A DNA stretch of 64,000 nt, from IMG/VR virus record IMGVR_UViG_2880329822_000001, positions 1 through 64,000 of that record; one strand, 5' to 3'. Source of the stretch: a virus (lineage: Duplodnaviria; Heunggongvirae; Uroviricota; Caudoviricetes). Positions within the stretch are counted from its first letter, which is position 1, and every line of letters starts with the position of its first letter. A program made the position numbers and the translations under genes. The notes beneath the pieces were generated by a model. It was not told the DNA's origin. It worked only from the letters and a program-made list of their open reading frames with translations, and made no database searches. This document shows positions 46,207 through 56,875 of the stretch, in pieces.

Positions 46207-47018
46207 GTCTCATCTCCCTTGAGTAAATCCTTGTGACGCAGGTGATGGGTAGTGTGTTTCTGGTACATACCACCGTAATAAGCACGACAACTAAGACGGT
46301 CGATTTGGTGATGCAAGATCATGTCGTCACCGATATACACCGCACAGTGGTCAGGCATTTTTCCGTACTGAATGAAAAAGATGTCACCGCGCTGTGGCTC
46401 AGTTCCAGGCGCCAGACGTACAAGACCTTCGTTACGATAGTTTTGATCTAAAATGTCGTTATCACCCGTATACCATGACGGTATATGCAGATGGGCATTT
46501 GGATTAAGCTCGACATTGAATTCGCGTTTGAGGTAGTCACGACACAACATCCAGCAATCGAAAACGCCAAACACATATGGGCGGCCGAGATAAGGCATTT
46601 CGAAGCCATCAGGGGTGATTACATTCATCTCGCTAAAATGAAAATTGGCGTTCCCATCCACATTTTTTCGAATAGCGAGAATCATCCACGGAACCTCCGT
46701 AGCTTCGCATCCAGCGCGATCAGCATCAGATGCGTCTGCTGGCTCATCAGTATGTGAATGCCAGATAGCCACCACCTCTCCCGCGTCTTCTGCTGCCATA
46801 ATGTCATCGACATGCATGACGAAAGTATTTTGCGGGTTCTCAGACACATTACGCGCTTCCATAAAGCGATATTTATCGCCATTAGTGCGCACCAGAAAGC
46901 CACATGCTTCGTTAGGATAACGATTGATGGCGCAGAGATAGATTTGTTCCATTACGCTAGAACCAAGCTCAGATAATGATTTAAGACCCATAACGCGTTG
47001 CTCCAATAAATCCGCCAA
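46194..47018 (-). CDS. Tail assembly protein K-like (JAB/MPN + NlpC/P60-like)
   Basis: H-S-H-x...D metal motif (HSHTDEPADASD), Cys/His peptidase-like part; order. Confidence 0.7.
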   Translation of the reverse strand: MADLLEQRVMGLKSLSELGSSVMEQIYLCAINRYPNEACGFLVRTNGDKYRFMEARNVSENPQNTFVMHVDDIMAAEDAGEVVAIWHSHTDEPADASDADRAGCEATEVPWMILAIRKNVDGNANFHFSEMNVITPDGFEMPYLGRPYVFGVFDCWMLCRDYLKREFNVELNPNAHLHIPSWYTGDNDILDQNYRNEGLVRLAPGTEPQRGDIFFIQYGKMPDHCAVYIGDDMILHHQIDRLSCRAYYGGMYQKHTTHHLRHKDLLKGDETCLS

Positions 47019-47682
47019 AGTGAATTACGCCATTGGCAAAGAAATTGCGGCGTGCATTACAAGAGTCATATCTCTTTGTGCAGTAATCATCTCCGGCCAT
47101 AGTTGTTTGCTGGTTATTTTTGTCGAAATATGGCCCTGTATACCCACATTCTGGGCCTCGATATTTCCACGGACAGGTATTTTTAATGATCTGTCTGTTT
47201 GGAAGTTGTACTCCCATCAGATCAAACACACTAGACAACTCGAACTCAACAACCTCATTATTTTCAATAGTTTTCTGTTCAACAAACCACATTTCGTCGG
47301 GAAAGTGTTGATTTGGATCGGCGGTTGGGTTGCCATCTTTGAAATTTACCGCATCCAGAAATCGCGCAAGCGTCTGGCGACGTGTGACCTTACAGCCAAC
47401 TAAGTCATCATTAGCCTGCACTTCGGCAGATACAGTCCCTTCAAAGTTAGAGATTTGAATTTTTGGACGTGGCAATTTCCCTTGCCCAGTTTTATCAAAG
47501 CCTGACGCTTTAACTGGCCACGGTTCGTATGTTACGCCTTGCCAAACTACTGGTTCGTTCAGTTTGTTTGTGCCGGCATGAAAGTAAAGCTTTCCCCCAG
47601 AAGTTGTGTTCGTCATATCAAGCTCGAACAACTCAATGAGTGCGGAGGGCGATAAGCTTTGAATATCAGCTCTAATACCCAT
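46981..47682 (-). CDS. Minor tail protein L-like
   Basis: 233 aa, gene order, Cys cluster at C-terminus. Confidence 0.75.
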   Translation of the reverse strand: MGIRADIQSLSPSALIELFELDMTNTTSGGKLYFHAGTNKLNEPVVWQGVTYEPWPVKASGFDKTGQGKLPRPKIQISNFEGTVSAEVQANDDLVGCKVTRRQTLARFLDAVNFKDGNPTADPNQHFPDEMWFVEQKTIENNEVVEFELSSVFDLMGVQLPNRQIIKNTCPWKYRGPECGYTGPYFDKNNQQTTMAGDDYCTKRYDSCNARRNFFANGVIHFGGFIGATRYGS

Positions 47683-47769
47683 ATTTCATCCTTGAAGTTA
47701 CGTGCGCCAACCTCCTGTTAGCGCACCACCATAATAATAGATAAGCACATACTTATCTATAGGCGCAAA

Positions 47770-48105
47770 TTAAGCCTCAAAAATTTGTCTGAAAGTAGCG
47801 GTAAGAATCAGATGTCCTTGATAGCGTTTTATCGAATGGCTATCACACACAACAACCATTTGCTTGCCCCGCGGATTAGTCCAATAAAAAGACTCTATCG
47901 CCGCGCGTTCTGTTAGGAAATCATCTACTGCATTAATAACTTCATGGGAACGAGTAAATGCCAATGACCACTCTTCTTTTATACGATTAAGTCCTTTCCC
48001 CTGACGTTGTTCGTAATCATCACCAAAATTTAATACTGATACACTCGGCTTTACCGTTTTCTCCGACTCATAGTCCGGATACCAATTAAATGTCTTTCTT
48101 TCCAT
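47770..48105 (-). CDS. Minor tail protein M-like
   Basis: 111 aa; FGDDYEQR resembles lambda M FGDGYSQR (memory). Confidence 0.7.
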   Translation of the reverse strand: MERKTFNWYPDYESEKTVKPSVSVLNFGDDYEQRQGKGLNRIKEEWSLAFTRSHEVINAVDDFLTERAAIESFYWTNPRGKQMVVVCDSHSIKRYQGHLILTATFRQIFEA

Positions 48106-48144
48106 GACTCATCCCTGAAATGTCGCCCTAATGGACGACATTTA

Positions 48145-51100
48145 TTAGTTACGATTTGTGTTTGGGTTTAGTGAACCGCCACTACGCTTCTCTTCCGCAA
48201 TTGTATCAAGGACAATGGCTTTAATCTGTCTTGCTGCGCCCCCCCATCTGGCTTCATCCATGCCACTCTCACTTGAACTTCCGTCACTATTAACATTAAT
48301 CGCAATACTAACAGGCGAAAAAACAGATCCTTTTCCTGCACCACCTGTATTTAGTGTTACAGGAATAGAGCGACCATCAGGTAAGGGGACAAAAGCTTCG
48401 TTCATATCGCCTTCACCGTAGATTGCCAACTGTGGGGAATCAGCAATTCCGCCTTTCCTGTACGCTCGCAATGGAATCACTCCGTCTTTACCGAAGATGC
48501 CGCCATTAGCGAACTTAGGAATGTTAGGGATACCGCTGGTTCCATCAGCAGCAGAACCGGTTAGGTTGTTGAAGCCAGAAGTCGATCCAGAAGAACCTGA
48601 CAGTAGATTATCAAACCCACCACCAGCCCAGGCTGATACCAATCCGGAAGCTACGGTTGCGCCAAAACTTAACCACTTATTGCCAGAACCAGAGGCACTA
48701 GCGCCAAGCATGGCAAACGAGGCAGAAAGAGCACCAGCCACCGAGCTAAGATTCTGCATGGAGAAGATGGAAGTTTTGACAGCTTTGGTTTCTGCGTCTT
48801 TGGCTTCTGTGCTACTGAACAACCCAGACACCCAACTGCCGATCGCGTTATTCGCTGAACCGATCGCATTAGTCGTCTGCTGTGTGGTCTGCCCCAAGCC
48901 AGATACCGAGCTGGATGTCTCTTTCGTCGCTTCACCTACAGACTTGTCACCATTAACCGTATTCATGCGGACGCCCTGGTTTGAGACTGCCGATGCAACA
49001 CCTGTTAACAAATTGCCACTTTGAGAATTTCCAGCGGCCGTCGTCCCCATACCCAGCATATTCATTAGCGGCAACGTGATCTGAGTCTTCACAACCATGT
49101 TGGTAATGTCACGGAGAATAGACTCAGCCAAGCTGGAGAAATCCATCTTCCCCTTCATTACGAAGTCTGTAAGTGTATCTGTCAGGGTGCTAAACAGGTT
49201 GCTCCAGCTGCTTTCTACCTGATCGGCCAGATTTTCGTACTCCAGTGCCAGCTTCTGCGTAGCTGTACCTGTTTCTTTGATGAGAGCAGTGTTGCCAGCC
49301 TCAACGAGTTGATTAATCTGCTTGGTGTATTGCTCGATTTGGTCCTTTGACGCTGTTCCAGACTTGATTGCGGTTTCGCGCAGATCTTTTAGAGCCTTGA
49401 GATTACGATTGTAGGTGTCGTTGAAATCGACCACCTTCTCTTCACGAGACTTCGTATCCCCCTCACTAATGATGGAGTTGGACTCGGGCGCCCACGTGGA
49501 GATCATCTGCTCGACATTACGACGGTTGAACATCTCACGATATTCATCGCTTGCGTTCGCCAAATCAGCCAAACGAGATTTCGCTTTGTCGATCATCTCC
49601 TGAGTAATGAACTCGTTAGGAATGGCGTTAGCCAAATCGGTTAGTGATTTGGTTGTATTACGAAGAGACTGATCAAACGATACGGTAGCTTTTGAGCTTT
49701 CCCCCATCTGCCCCATAAGCTGATCAGATTTATCCAGAGCTTTCTGATAGCTGGCTGCCAGCTTACGTTGCGCACTCTCTTCCTTATTCGCGGCACGCTG
49801 AGAGGCGTTGGCTGTGCGCAGTCCAGCTTTTTCCGCTGCTGCGGCGTCCTGCTCACGCGCTTTGGTCAGTGCGGCGATCGCGGCTGCACGTTCCTCGTCG
49901 CTCATTTTCTCCAGAGAGCTGGCGCTGGAGGCTTTCTGCAGGTTCAGCTGGGTTTTGAGCTGTTTCGGCCCGATGATAGGCTTGCCTTCGAAGTCCAGCA
50001 TTGCCGTACCGTCTGGCAGTGTGCGCTGATAGGTCGCGGAGTCCATCTGGTTCCGCATATACTGCGCCAGAGCTTTCTGAGCCGCCTTATCGGTCGTTCC
50101 CAACCCCAGAACGGTTCCCTGGTTGGACATTATGCCCTTACCGGTTTTCGCCGCGCTATCACGCTCGAACTCCGCCTGAGTAAGCTCCTGAGCAACAGCT
50201 TCAAGATGCTCCTGATACCCACGGATGCTGCCTTGCAGCTTCTGAACCTGCTCGGTGTTCCCCTCTTTCTTCGCTTTCTCCAGCATGTCGCTGAAGTGGG
50301 CAATTTGCTTCTCGGTGGCGTTTTTACGAGAAGACAGATCGTCGACCAGCTTCTGTGCAGGTTCCAGATATGACTTGTTCACCTTCTCGCGAAGTGGTGC
50401 GAGTAGCTTGTTCTTCTCGTCGTCCGAAAGCGATTTGTCGTCGTTGATTTTCTGGATCTTATCCAGAGCCTCCTGACGAGCTTTCACAAACGTTGCAGAG
50501 AAGTCCTGGTTATCTGCTCGGATTTTCTCAATCTGTGATTCAGCAGCCTCTTTTGCCAGACGTTTGGCCACCGCACCATCACCCAGCGCCATCGTGCCCG
50601 TGGTTTTTTCGTACTCTTCCTGATTTTTCTTCAGGCGAGCCTCAACAACCTCTTTGGACTCCTTCACGGCGACAGGGCCAGCTACTGTGGAGTAGTAGTT
50701 CACACTTTCGCCAGTTTTAAGCGCCTGCTGGTCTCGCTGGATCTGCTTTTCAAGCTCGGCTGCACGCGCTGCCATCTGCGCACGCTTGGCCGTCGTCATC
50801 GACTCGGGGATTTTTCGGATCTCGTCCACGACTTTGGACGTTTCACTGCGGAGCATGGTCATATACGTGATAAGACCGGCTACAGCCACAGTAGCTACGG
50901 TGAACGCTGCACCAATGGGGTTTGCTACAATGAACGCGGTTAGCCCAGCAAACGCGCCCTGAAGCCCCGTAATCGCGCCACGGATAGCGAAGATCAGCGA
51001 TGGAATTGGAGCCAGCCCCATACGAGCCGCGCGATTAAAGCGGGTGACAGCTGTAGCACCCAGATTGAACGGAGCCTGGAGAACGGTCGACATCTTGGTA

Positions 51101-52755
51101 AATGTGTTAACCATTTGCCCGGCAGTACCAATCACTCCCATAATGCCTGCACGCATAAGTTTGAATGCCACCATAGCGGCGACAATCTTACCCAAGTTGA
51201 TAATCAGCTCTTGGTTTTTAGCCAGCCATTGCGCCAACTCACGTAAGCCATCAATAGCTGTAGAAAGTCCGGAACCCAACGAGTTAGCAAACGAAATGCC
51301 TTCAGCGCTGTTCATGATGGAGGCCAGCTCTTTCATCCCCTTTGAGAGAGAATCCAGATAGCCCGCCTGACCGACGCGATCGGCAAACAGCGTAAAGGAA
51401 GTTTGCAGTTGCGCCAGTGCACCTGTGTAGGTCTGCATCATGTCTTTGGCCGCGTTTTCATTTTCTGCACGCAAACCAACAAACATAAGCGAAAGAGCCT
51501 GCTTCGCTTCAACAGTACCGCTTGAGACAGCTTTAGTAAGCTGTCCCATTGTTATACCTGCAGCATCAGCCATAGCTTTCATAGCGTTAGGAACAGCTTC
51601 GCCTAATTGTTGACGCAGCTCTTCCATCGACACAACGCCTTTACCAGACATCTGTTGGATAGCAATGGCGGCTCGTTTTAACAACTCACTATCACCACCA
51701 AAACGAGCTACTGAATCAACCAATGCCTTCAACGAACCATCTGTAGGGTCTAAACCAGCAGATCGAAACTTCACAAATGAATCGGTCAATGCTTGCATCG
51801 CAAACGGCGCATTCTGGGCCATGTTAACAATGTATTGCATGTCTTCGGCCGCAGCTTTGCCAGGGTTGTTTTTTTCCTTATTCAATCCACGCAGCATGAC
51901 ACGCATTCGCTGCATTTCGGCAGCCGCATCAATTATAGGTTTCTGCCATCCAAACAGGATGTCAGTTACCGTTCTGGCAGCGTCGCCTATTTCCCCAAGA
52001 AGAAAAATGTTACCCCGGAGACCAGTGAACACACCACCTTCAGCACCACGCCCACCGTGTCCATAGGAGCCGCTCCGCCGACCGCCACTGTTACCACCAC
52101 CGTCGCCGTAAAAACTACTACGTACACGTACCGGTTTACTAATCAGATGCTGGCGATCGATAACTGCGTCCATCTGATCACGAACTTTTTTCAGCCCATC
52201 AGCAGCCTGGTTGGTTGTTACTCCCCAATTACTTAGTCGCTTAGTCGTGGAGTTCAGACGCGTATTCATGCCACTGACGGACGTAGAGACCTCTTTAACT
52301 TCCGTACCGAAATGTCTGGCGCTCTTGCTCGCGAACGTAGCCCAATCAGAAAACTCATTAAGTTCTGACTGAACCTTACGAAGCGATGTAGTTAACTTAT
52401 TGACAGATGAGGTTGTTGTGTCGACGCGCTCAATAAGAGTTTTTAACCCAGAATTGAGGCTTGTGAGATTGCTGCGCGCCCTACGCGAAGCATCGGAAAC
52501 AAGCTCGAAGCCAGCAGCCACGTCCTGTAGCTTGTCTGCCGTTGCGTCGAGCTTGGATTCCAGAACGCCAATGATACGGGAGACCGAACCCAAAGAGCGT
52601 TCCAGACTGTTAATTTTCTGAGCAGGCTTTGTGGCCTTCTCACCGAATTTGGTAAGTAACTTACCCGCACGGTCAATTGACGCTGTAAACTTCTTGTCTT
52701 CCAGCGACAGGATAAACTCTACGTTTTGTGACATTCCCTTGTCATCCTTTGCCAA
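48145..52755 (-). CDS. Tail tape measure protein (1536 aa)
   Basis: Very long coiled-coil protein with hydrophobic segments, followed by the M/L/K/I/J order. Confidence 0.85.
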   Translation of the reverse strand: MAKDDKGMSQNVEFILSLEDKKFTASIDRAGKLLTKFGEKATKPAQKINSLERSLGSVSRIIGVLESKLDATADKLQDVAAGFELVSDASRRARSNLTSLNSGLKTLIERVDTTTSSVNKLTTSLRKVQSELNEFSDWATFASKSARHFGTEVKEVSTSVSGMNTRLNSTTKRLSNWGVTTNQAADGLKKVRDQMDAVIDRQHLISKPVRVRSSFYGDGGGNSGGRRSGSYGHGGRGAEGGVFTGLRGNIFLLGEIGDAARTVTDILFGWQKPIIDAAAEMQRMRVMLRGLNKEKNNPGKAAAEDMQYIVNMAQNAPFAMQALTDSFVKFRSAGLDPTDGSLKALVDSVARFGGDSELLKRAAIAIQQMSGKGVVSMEELRQQLGEAVPNAMKAMADAAGITMGQLTKAVSSGTVEAKQALSLMFVGLRAENENAAKDMMQTYTGALAQLQTSFTLFADRVGQAGYLDSLSKGMKELASIMNSAEGISFANSLGSGLSTAIDGLRELAQWLAKNQELIINLGKIVAAMVAFKLMRAGIMGVIGTAGQMVNTFTKMSTVLQAPFNLGATAVTRFNRAARMGLAPIPSLIFAIRGAITGLQGAFAGLTAFIVANPIGAAFTVATVAVAGLITYMTMLRSETSKVVDEIRKIPESMTTAKRAQMAARAAELEKQIQRDQQALKTGESVNYYSTVAGPVAVKESKEVVEARLKKNQEEYEKTTGTMALGDGAVAKRLAKEAAESQIEKIRADNQDFSATFVKARQEALDKIQKINDDKSLSDDEKNKLLAPLREKVNKSYLEPAQKLVDDLSSRKNATEKQIAHFSDMLEKAKKEGNTEQVQKLQGSIRGYQEHLEAVAQELTQAEFERDSAAKTGKGIMSNQGTVLGLGTTDKAAQKALAQYMRNQMDSATYQRTLPDGTAMLDFEGKPIIGPKQLKTQLNLQKASSASSLEKMSDEERAAAIAALTKAREQDAAAAEKAGLRTANASQRAANKEESAQRKLAASYQKALDKSDQLMGQMGESSKATVSFDQSLRNTTKSLTDLANAIPNEFITQEMIDKAKSRLADLANASDEYREMFNRRNVEQMISTWAPESNSIISEGDTKSREEKVVDFNDTYNRNLKALKDLRETAIKSGTASKDQIEQYTKQINQLVEAGNTALIKETGTATQKLALEYENLADQVESSWSNLFSTLTDTLTDFVMKGKMDFSSLAESILRDITNMVVKTQITLPLMNMLGMGTTAAGNSQSGNLLTGVASAVSNQGVRMNTVNGDKSVGEATKETSSSVSGLGQTTQQTTNAIGSANNAIGSWVSGLFSSTEAKDAETKAVKTSIFSMQNLSSVAGALSASFAMLGASASGSGNKWLSFGATVASGLVSAWAGGGFDNLLSGSSGSTSGFNNLTGSAADGTSGIPNIPKFANGGIFGKDGVIPLRAYRKGGIADSPQLAIYGEGDMNEAFVPLPDGRSIPVTLNTGGAGKGSVFSPVSIAINVNSDGSSSESGMDEARWGGAARQIKAIVLDTIAEEKRSGGSLNPNTNRN

Positions 52756-53011
52756 AAATTTGCATCAGTTGCTCTTTGGCGTCAGGGTCTGCCTTATCCT
52801 TACGTGGATCGTAGACTTTATCGGTAACGACCGGTCTTCCAATCCTGAGTTGCAAACCCTCCATGAACGCCTTAACGCCATCGCCATCTGCCTGGGCAGC
52901 GCGGGCGACTTGTAAGTTGCGGACATCCTCTTCCGCACGTAGACGGTCGATGTTGCGACTGAGCATCCAAAACATCGTGAGAGGGACGCCCAGCAGCTCT
53001 ATTGGCGACAC
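52742..53011 (-). CDS. T-like extension of the tail assembly chaperone, reached by -1 frameshift from the G-like gene
   Basis: This frame stays open across the G-like stop (53092) in the -1 frame. Confidence 0.5.
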   Translation of the reverse strand: MSPIELLGVPLTMFWMLSRNIDRLRAEEDVRNLQVARAAQADGDGVKAFMEGLQLRIGRPVVTDKVYDPRKDKADPDAKEQLMQIFGKG

Positions 53012-53091
53012 AGCATAGTGAGCAACTACACGACTGAAATAGAATCCGAGATCTATTGAGACGGTCTTTACCCCGGATTCATCGCGGGAAA

Positions 53092-53409
53092 CTACTTTGC
53101 CTCTTCACCAGCCGCTTTTTCATTTTCTTCATCAATCACTTCCATAGCGAAGGTGAAGATTTGCTGGAGTTGTGGAACGGTAAGTTTCTCCAGCACAACA
53201 TCAGGCACGGATGGGATCACCTTGCGTACAAGGTCAGCATAGGCAGTAACCTGCTCTACCGGTGACATGTTCTGAAGGTCTTTGCCTTCCATCTGTTTGA
53301 TGGAAACAAATAAGCCAACAGTCATTTCAACAATAGGATATTCCTGACCGCCGAACTTAATGCTTTTCTTCGGAGGCAGAATAGAGTCGAGATCGAGTAA
53401 TTTTGTCAT
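53092..53409 (-). CDS. Tail assembly chaperone G-like
   Basis: 105 aa, acidic C-terminus, between tube and tape-measure genes. Confidence 0.6.
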   Translation of the reverse strand: MTKLLDLDSILPPKKSIKFGGQEYPIVEMTVGLFVSIKQMEGKDLQNMSPVEQVTAYADLVRKVIPSVPDVVLEKLTVPQLQQIFTFAMEVIDEENEKAAGEEAK

Positions 53410-53458
53410 TATTTAAATTCCTTTTTAGAAGCGAGGCTCTTCCTGAGCCTCTACTTAA

Positions 53459-54205
53459 TTAACTGGCTGCGTTTACCGTTACAGCTTTTGTCGCTTTCTT
53501 ACTGCCGCTATTGCTGGTAAAAGAGATATTCGCAGATCCTTCGGCTAGACCACGAACTAAACCAGTCTGATCTACGGTTGCTTTGTCTTCATTTTCTGAC
53601 ACCCATACCCCACTTTTATCGCCGGCATCAGCAGGGGTAATTTCCGCAGTCAGCTGTACCGTTTCTCCGACCTTAACCGCTGGTCTTTCTGGTGAAATAG
53701 ATACAGCTTTAACCTGCTTTTGGCCGCTCATTTTCCCCAGAACACCGTTATCATCCGGATATGCGGTAAATTGAACGGAGAAAACGCGAACGTCATCAGA
53801 CTGATAAGTCATGGTGAAGTTGCCAGCGGTTGCAGCTTTCGGGATGGTCAGCACGTAGTCGGTCGTATCCTGCGGGGTCAGAATCAACTCTTTTGCTACA
53901 TCGATAAGATTCACGCCCTGGGCAGAAGTAATGGTCACAGAATTGTCTTCTTCGCTCATGGTTGAACCAGGCATAAGATCGACCATATTCTGCAACACAG
54001 ACTCAGCCAGCGGTGCAGTAATTGTGATGTTACGACCCTGAACCAGTTCAGAGATGGTGGTCTGCCCCAACTGGTCTACAGTAACCTTCATAGTCTCCGT
54101 CGCAACTTCGACCTGAACGCCACCTTTGGTGTAACCCAGATCTACTCCACCAAACGACACCTTACAGGCGCCAAGTTTGATGTTTTTTACATGGGTATTG
54201 GACAT
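53459..54205 (-). CDS. Major tail tube protein (V-like) with C-terminal Ig-like (Big_2) domain
   Basis: Position; C-terminal Big_2-like ...VSISPERPAVKVGETVQLTAEITPADA... Confidence 0.7.
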   Translation of the reverse strand: MSNTHVKNIKLGACKVSFGGVDLGYTKGGVQVEVATETMKVTVDQLGQTTISELVQGRNITITAPLAESVLQNMVDLMPGSTMSEEDNSVTITSAQGVNLIDVAKELILTPQDTTDYVLTIPKAATAGNFTMTYQSDDVRVFSVQFTAYPDDNGVLGKMSGQKQVKAVSISPERPAVKVGETVQLTAEITPADAGDKSGVWVSENEDKATVDQTGLVRGLAEGSANISFTSNSGSKKATKAVTVNAAS

Positions 54206-54253
54206 TGTTGGAAAACTCCTTTTTCCGTTAAATTAGCACTTCCCGCGCCAAAT

Positions 54254-54273
54254 ATAAGTATATACTTACTTAT
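54254..54273. promoter_or_regulatory. ATAAGTATATACTTACTTAT palindromic operator/promoter motif upstream of the tail tube gene
   Basis: Lies between TTGAAT/TTGATA -35-like and -10-like hexamers. Confidence 0.5.
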
Positions 54274-54277
54274 TTTA

Positions 54278-54727
54278 TCAATTCAACAAATACCCGGCAA
54301 ATTCAACGGGTATACCTGACTCAATTAACGCACCTTCGTTTTTGGGATATGTGATCGGCATAGACATTGGTCTAATCAGACGGAAATAAACATTATCTGA
54401 TACCGTTTCCTCTATAGGGAACATTTCCATAATTTTATTAGCCTTACTCACCGTCTTTGTTATCGTGGAGCTACGCACGATAATTGTAAAGGCGTCGTGG
54501 TAGAACCCCTTCAATTCATGATCAATTGATATCCCAGTATTTGGGTTAATTAACAACACGCCTGACTTTACACTTGACGGCATGTAATGGCAGAAAATAT
54601 CTGTTCCTACAACACCTATTTTCGCCTTCTGTATGAGACTAGCAAATGCTTCAATAAACACATCAACCTCTCGTAAAACCGGCTTTCCTTGCTGCGACAG
54701 CGATCGTCTGCGCAAACTGTTTTTCAC
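54278..54727 (-). CDS. Tail-completion protein (U/tail-terminator-like; start probably internal, overlaps upstream gene)
   Basis: Gene order only. Confidence 0.35.
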   Translation of the reverse strand: MKNSLRRRSLSQQGKPVLREVDVFIEAFASLIQKAKIGVVGTDIFCHYMPSSVKSGVLLINPNTGISIDHELKGFYHDAFTIIVRSSTITKTVSKANKIMEMFPIEETVSDNVYFRLIRPMSMPITYPKNEGALIESGIPVEFAGYLLN

Positions 54728-55136
54728 TTATCTGAGCAGCTCTTTCGAGGAACAAAGGCCCAACTCGCGGCTTCACTCCTGCTATTGGTGGATTGGTGAC
54801 ACTCTTCATACGAGAAAGATAACCAAGACGATATTTCCCCAACTCCATATATTCCGCATAGTCACCAACTTCAATTCCAGGGCGTCCTTCTCGCGACTTT
54901 GCCCCTGATACAGACAGCTCAATACGTAACCCTGAATACCCTTCTTTAATAATTCGGGCAAAAATGGCACTTTCCAACGAACCTGTCTCGATTGGAGCCA
55001 TTGCACGCGCCAGACGTTCGACTAGTCTGGATAGTTTCTCCATATCGCGGATTAAATAGCGTTTGAAGGCTTTCTGACTGTTATTCAGTCTGTCACCAGC
55101 ACGTTTGAACTGGTGCGCATCATACTTTAAACCCAT
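54663..55136 (-). CDS. Head-tail joining / tail-completion protein (Z or HK97 gp10-like)
   Basis: Gene order, size. Confidence 0.35.
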   Translation of the reverse strand: MGLKYDAHQFKRAGDRLNNSQKAFKRYLIRDMEKLSRLVERLARAMAPIETGSLESAIFARIIKEGYSGLRIELSVSGAKSREGRPGIEVGDYAEYMELGKYRLGYLSRMKSVTNPPIAGVKPRVGPLFLERAAQISEKQFAQTIAVAARKAGFTRG

Positions 55137-55585
55137 ATATTCGCTCCCACTTCAATATGTCCTGGGCGCCCACGCAGCCCCCAGCGACGATGTACACTTG
55201 ATACTTTCAGTTTCTGCCCTTCAAGGATCAGCACATCATCTAGTTGTACCGATGCTTCAAGTGGGACAACTAATACAGCATCGAACAATTCCAGATTCGC
55301 TTTACCACGGCTGCCTGAGCTATCAGCGCGTACTGATGATTTTTCGTTACTTTGTTCAAATTTAACGACACCAGCGTTAGTCTTTCTGATGTATTGCAAT
55401 TGTGCTTCACCGTATACATTTTTTGAGCCAAAACGATAAACTGATAATTCGGTTTGCCATGAAATGTTCATCCATTTTCCCTCGTGATGATCGCAGCACT
55501 TAATACCAGGAGAAGGCGCGATTTCTCGTCTTGAGCCATTCGACCAGAAGTAAATCATGCGGCGAGCGTTACGCACGGCGAACAA
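55127..55585 (-). CDS. Head-tail connector protein (FII/adaptor-like)
   Basis: Gene order. Confidence 0.35.
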   Translation of the reverse strand: MFAVRNARRMIYFWSNGSRREIAPSPGIKCCDHHEGKWMNISWQTELSVYRFGSKNVYGEAQLQYIRKTNAGVVKFEQSNEKSSVRADSSGSRGKANLELFDAVLVVPLEASVQLDDVLILEGQKLKVSSVHRRWGLRGRPGHIEVGANIWV

Positions 55586-56405
55586 TCATGCGATTATTGA
55601 TATAGCTGGTCAGTAGTCGCCATGTACTGCGAGCCACTCGCACATTCGCCGCCTTACCGGTTCGATACATATTGGTGGTTTCACCAATAGACTCAGACAA
55701 GATGCCATCCTCGCGGGCTGCTGTCACATCATTGCCGTTAGCGATCTCGCAAGCTTCGTTTACAACGGCCAGCATCAATGCTTCTTTGAAATAGTCGGGT
55801 AATTCGTCAAACTTTTCTTGTGTCATTCGCTCCCAATCGACAATATCGTGACGATATACCCCATCAGCACCCCACGGAATGTCATAGACGTTCAGCATAT
55901 TCTGCGGGCGATCGTATCGGTCGAAGTCAATACGCAAAATTTTACGAATGGAGAAAGGCAACGTTTTAACGCGTCTTGTTGCCTCAATAAGACGCTTACG
56001 CATCAGTCCTTCACCATCAGCCAACAGCGTGTCACCATTCAACATATCAATAGCTTGCATCTGGGCATCAGCCACAGTTGCGAATGATTGCCCAGGGATT
56101 GAAAGCTCAAAACTGTTTAGCAAAACATACATCTTGCGTTCTTCATGCGTCAGCCCTGCAGCGATAGCTTTCACAACCACATGACGAAGATCGCGCTCTT
56201 TTTCCGAAAGCTGGTTGCACTCGGCCGACACGACAACCGGAATGGACATCTGACCTTCTGTAATTTCAATTGGCTCATCGCTGATCAAGATAGCCCCTTC
56301 ACTATCTTTGACTGTGTAGGTGGCAGACTGAATATCCAGAACGTTAAATGAAAACGAAAGAGAAACGGCTTCACCACTACGATACGTGTCGATCTGCGCC
56401 ATCAC
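55569..56405 (-). CDS. Structural-module protein (278 aa), function unknown
   Basis: ORF in the head-completion region. Confidence 0.4.
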   Translation of the reverse strand: MMAQIDTYRSGEAVSLSFSFNVLDIQSATYTVKDSEGAILISDEPIEITEGQMSIPVVVSAECNQLSEKERDLRHVVVKAIAAGLTHEERKMYVLLNSFELSIPGQSFATVADAQMQAIDMLNGDTLLADGEGLMRKRLIEATRRVKTLPFSIRKILRIDFDRYDRPQNMLNVYDIPWGADGVYRHDIVDWERMTQEKFDELPDYFKEALMLAVVNEACEIANGNDVTAAREDGILSESIGETTNMYRTGKAANVRVARSTWRLLTSYINNRMIVRRA

Positions 56406-56836
56406 TCACCGCCCTGTGCTTTCAGAATACTCTCGATCATCTCACTGATTCCTTTAGCTTTAACACCGATCTGATTACCTATCTGACGCAGACCTGTTAT
56501 ACCTTCACAATCAGCGATGGACTCCAGTTCTTCACGAGTAAAGCGAGGTAATGGTTTATCTGTACCTTCGGTAGTTCCACGCTTCATAGGCACAATATCT
56601 GGTGCAACAGGCTCCACAATCTTGTCAGCCACAAGTTCATTACGACGGCTATATGCCGCAGAAGGGGAAACGTTTATCCCATCTACGGTAGAAGCTCTCA
56701 TTGATGCACAAATCCGTTGCTGATCAACGAACGGAAGCTCGCCCACTGATATACCGTTTTCAAACTTAACGCCGCACAGAATTCCCGTATACCCCACAAA
56801 TTGTGGTTCCAATAAACGAATTTTTGCTGGTTTCAT
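56402..56836 (-). CDS. Structural-module protein (144 aa), function unknown
   Basis: ORF coupled to neighbours. Confidence 0.4.
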   Translation of the reverse strand: MKPAKIRLLEPQFVGYTGILCGVKFENGISVGELPFVDQQRICASMRASTVDGINVSPSAAYSRRNELVADKIVEPVAPDIVPMKRGTTEGTDKPLPRFTREELESIADCEGITGLRQIGNQIGVKAKGISEMIESILKAQGGE

Positions 56837-56875
56837 AGTTTCTCGCTTATGGGCGGCACTGCCGCCCAGGTAATA

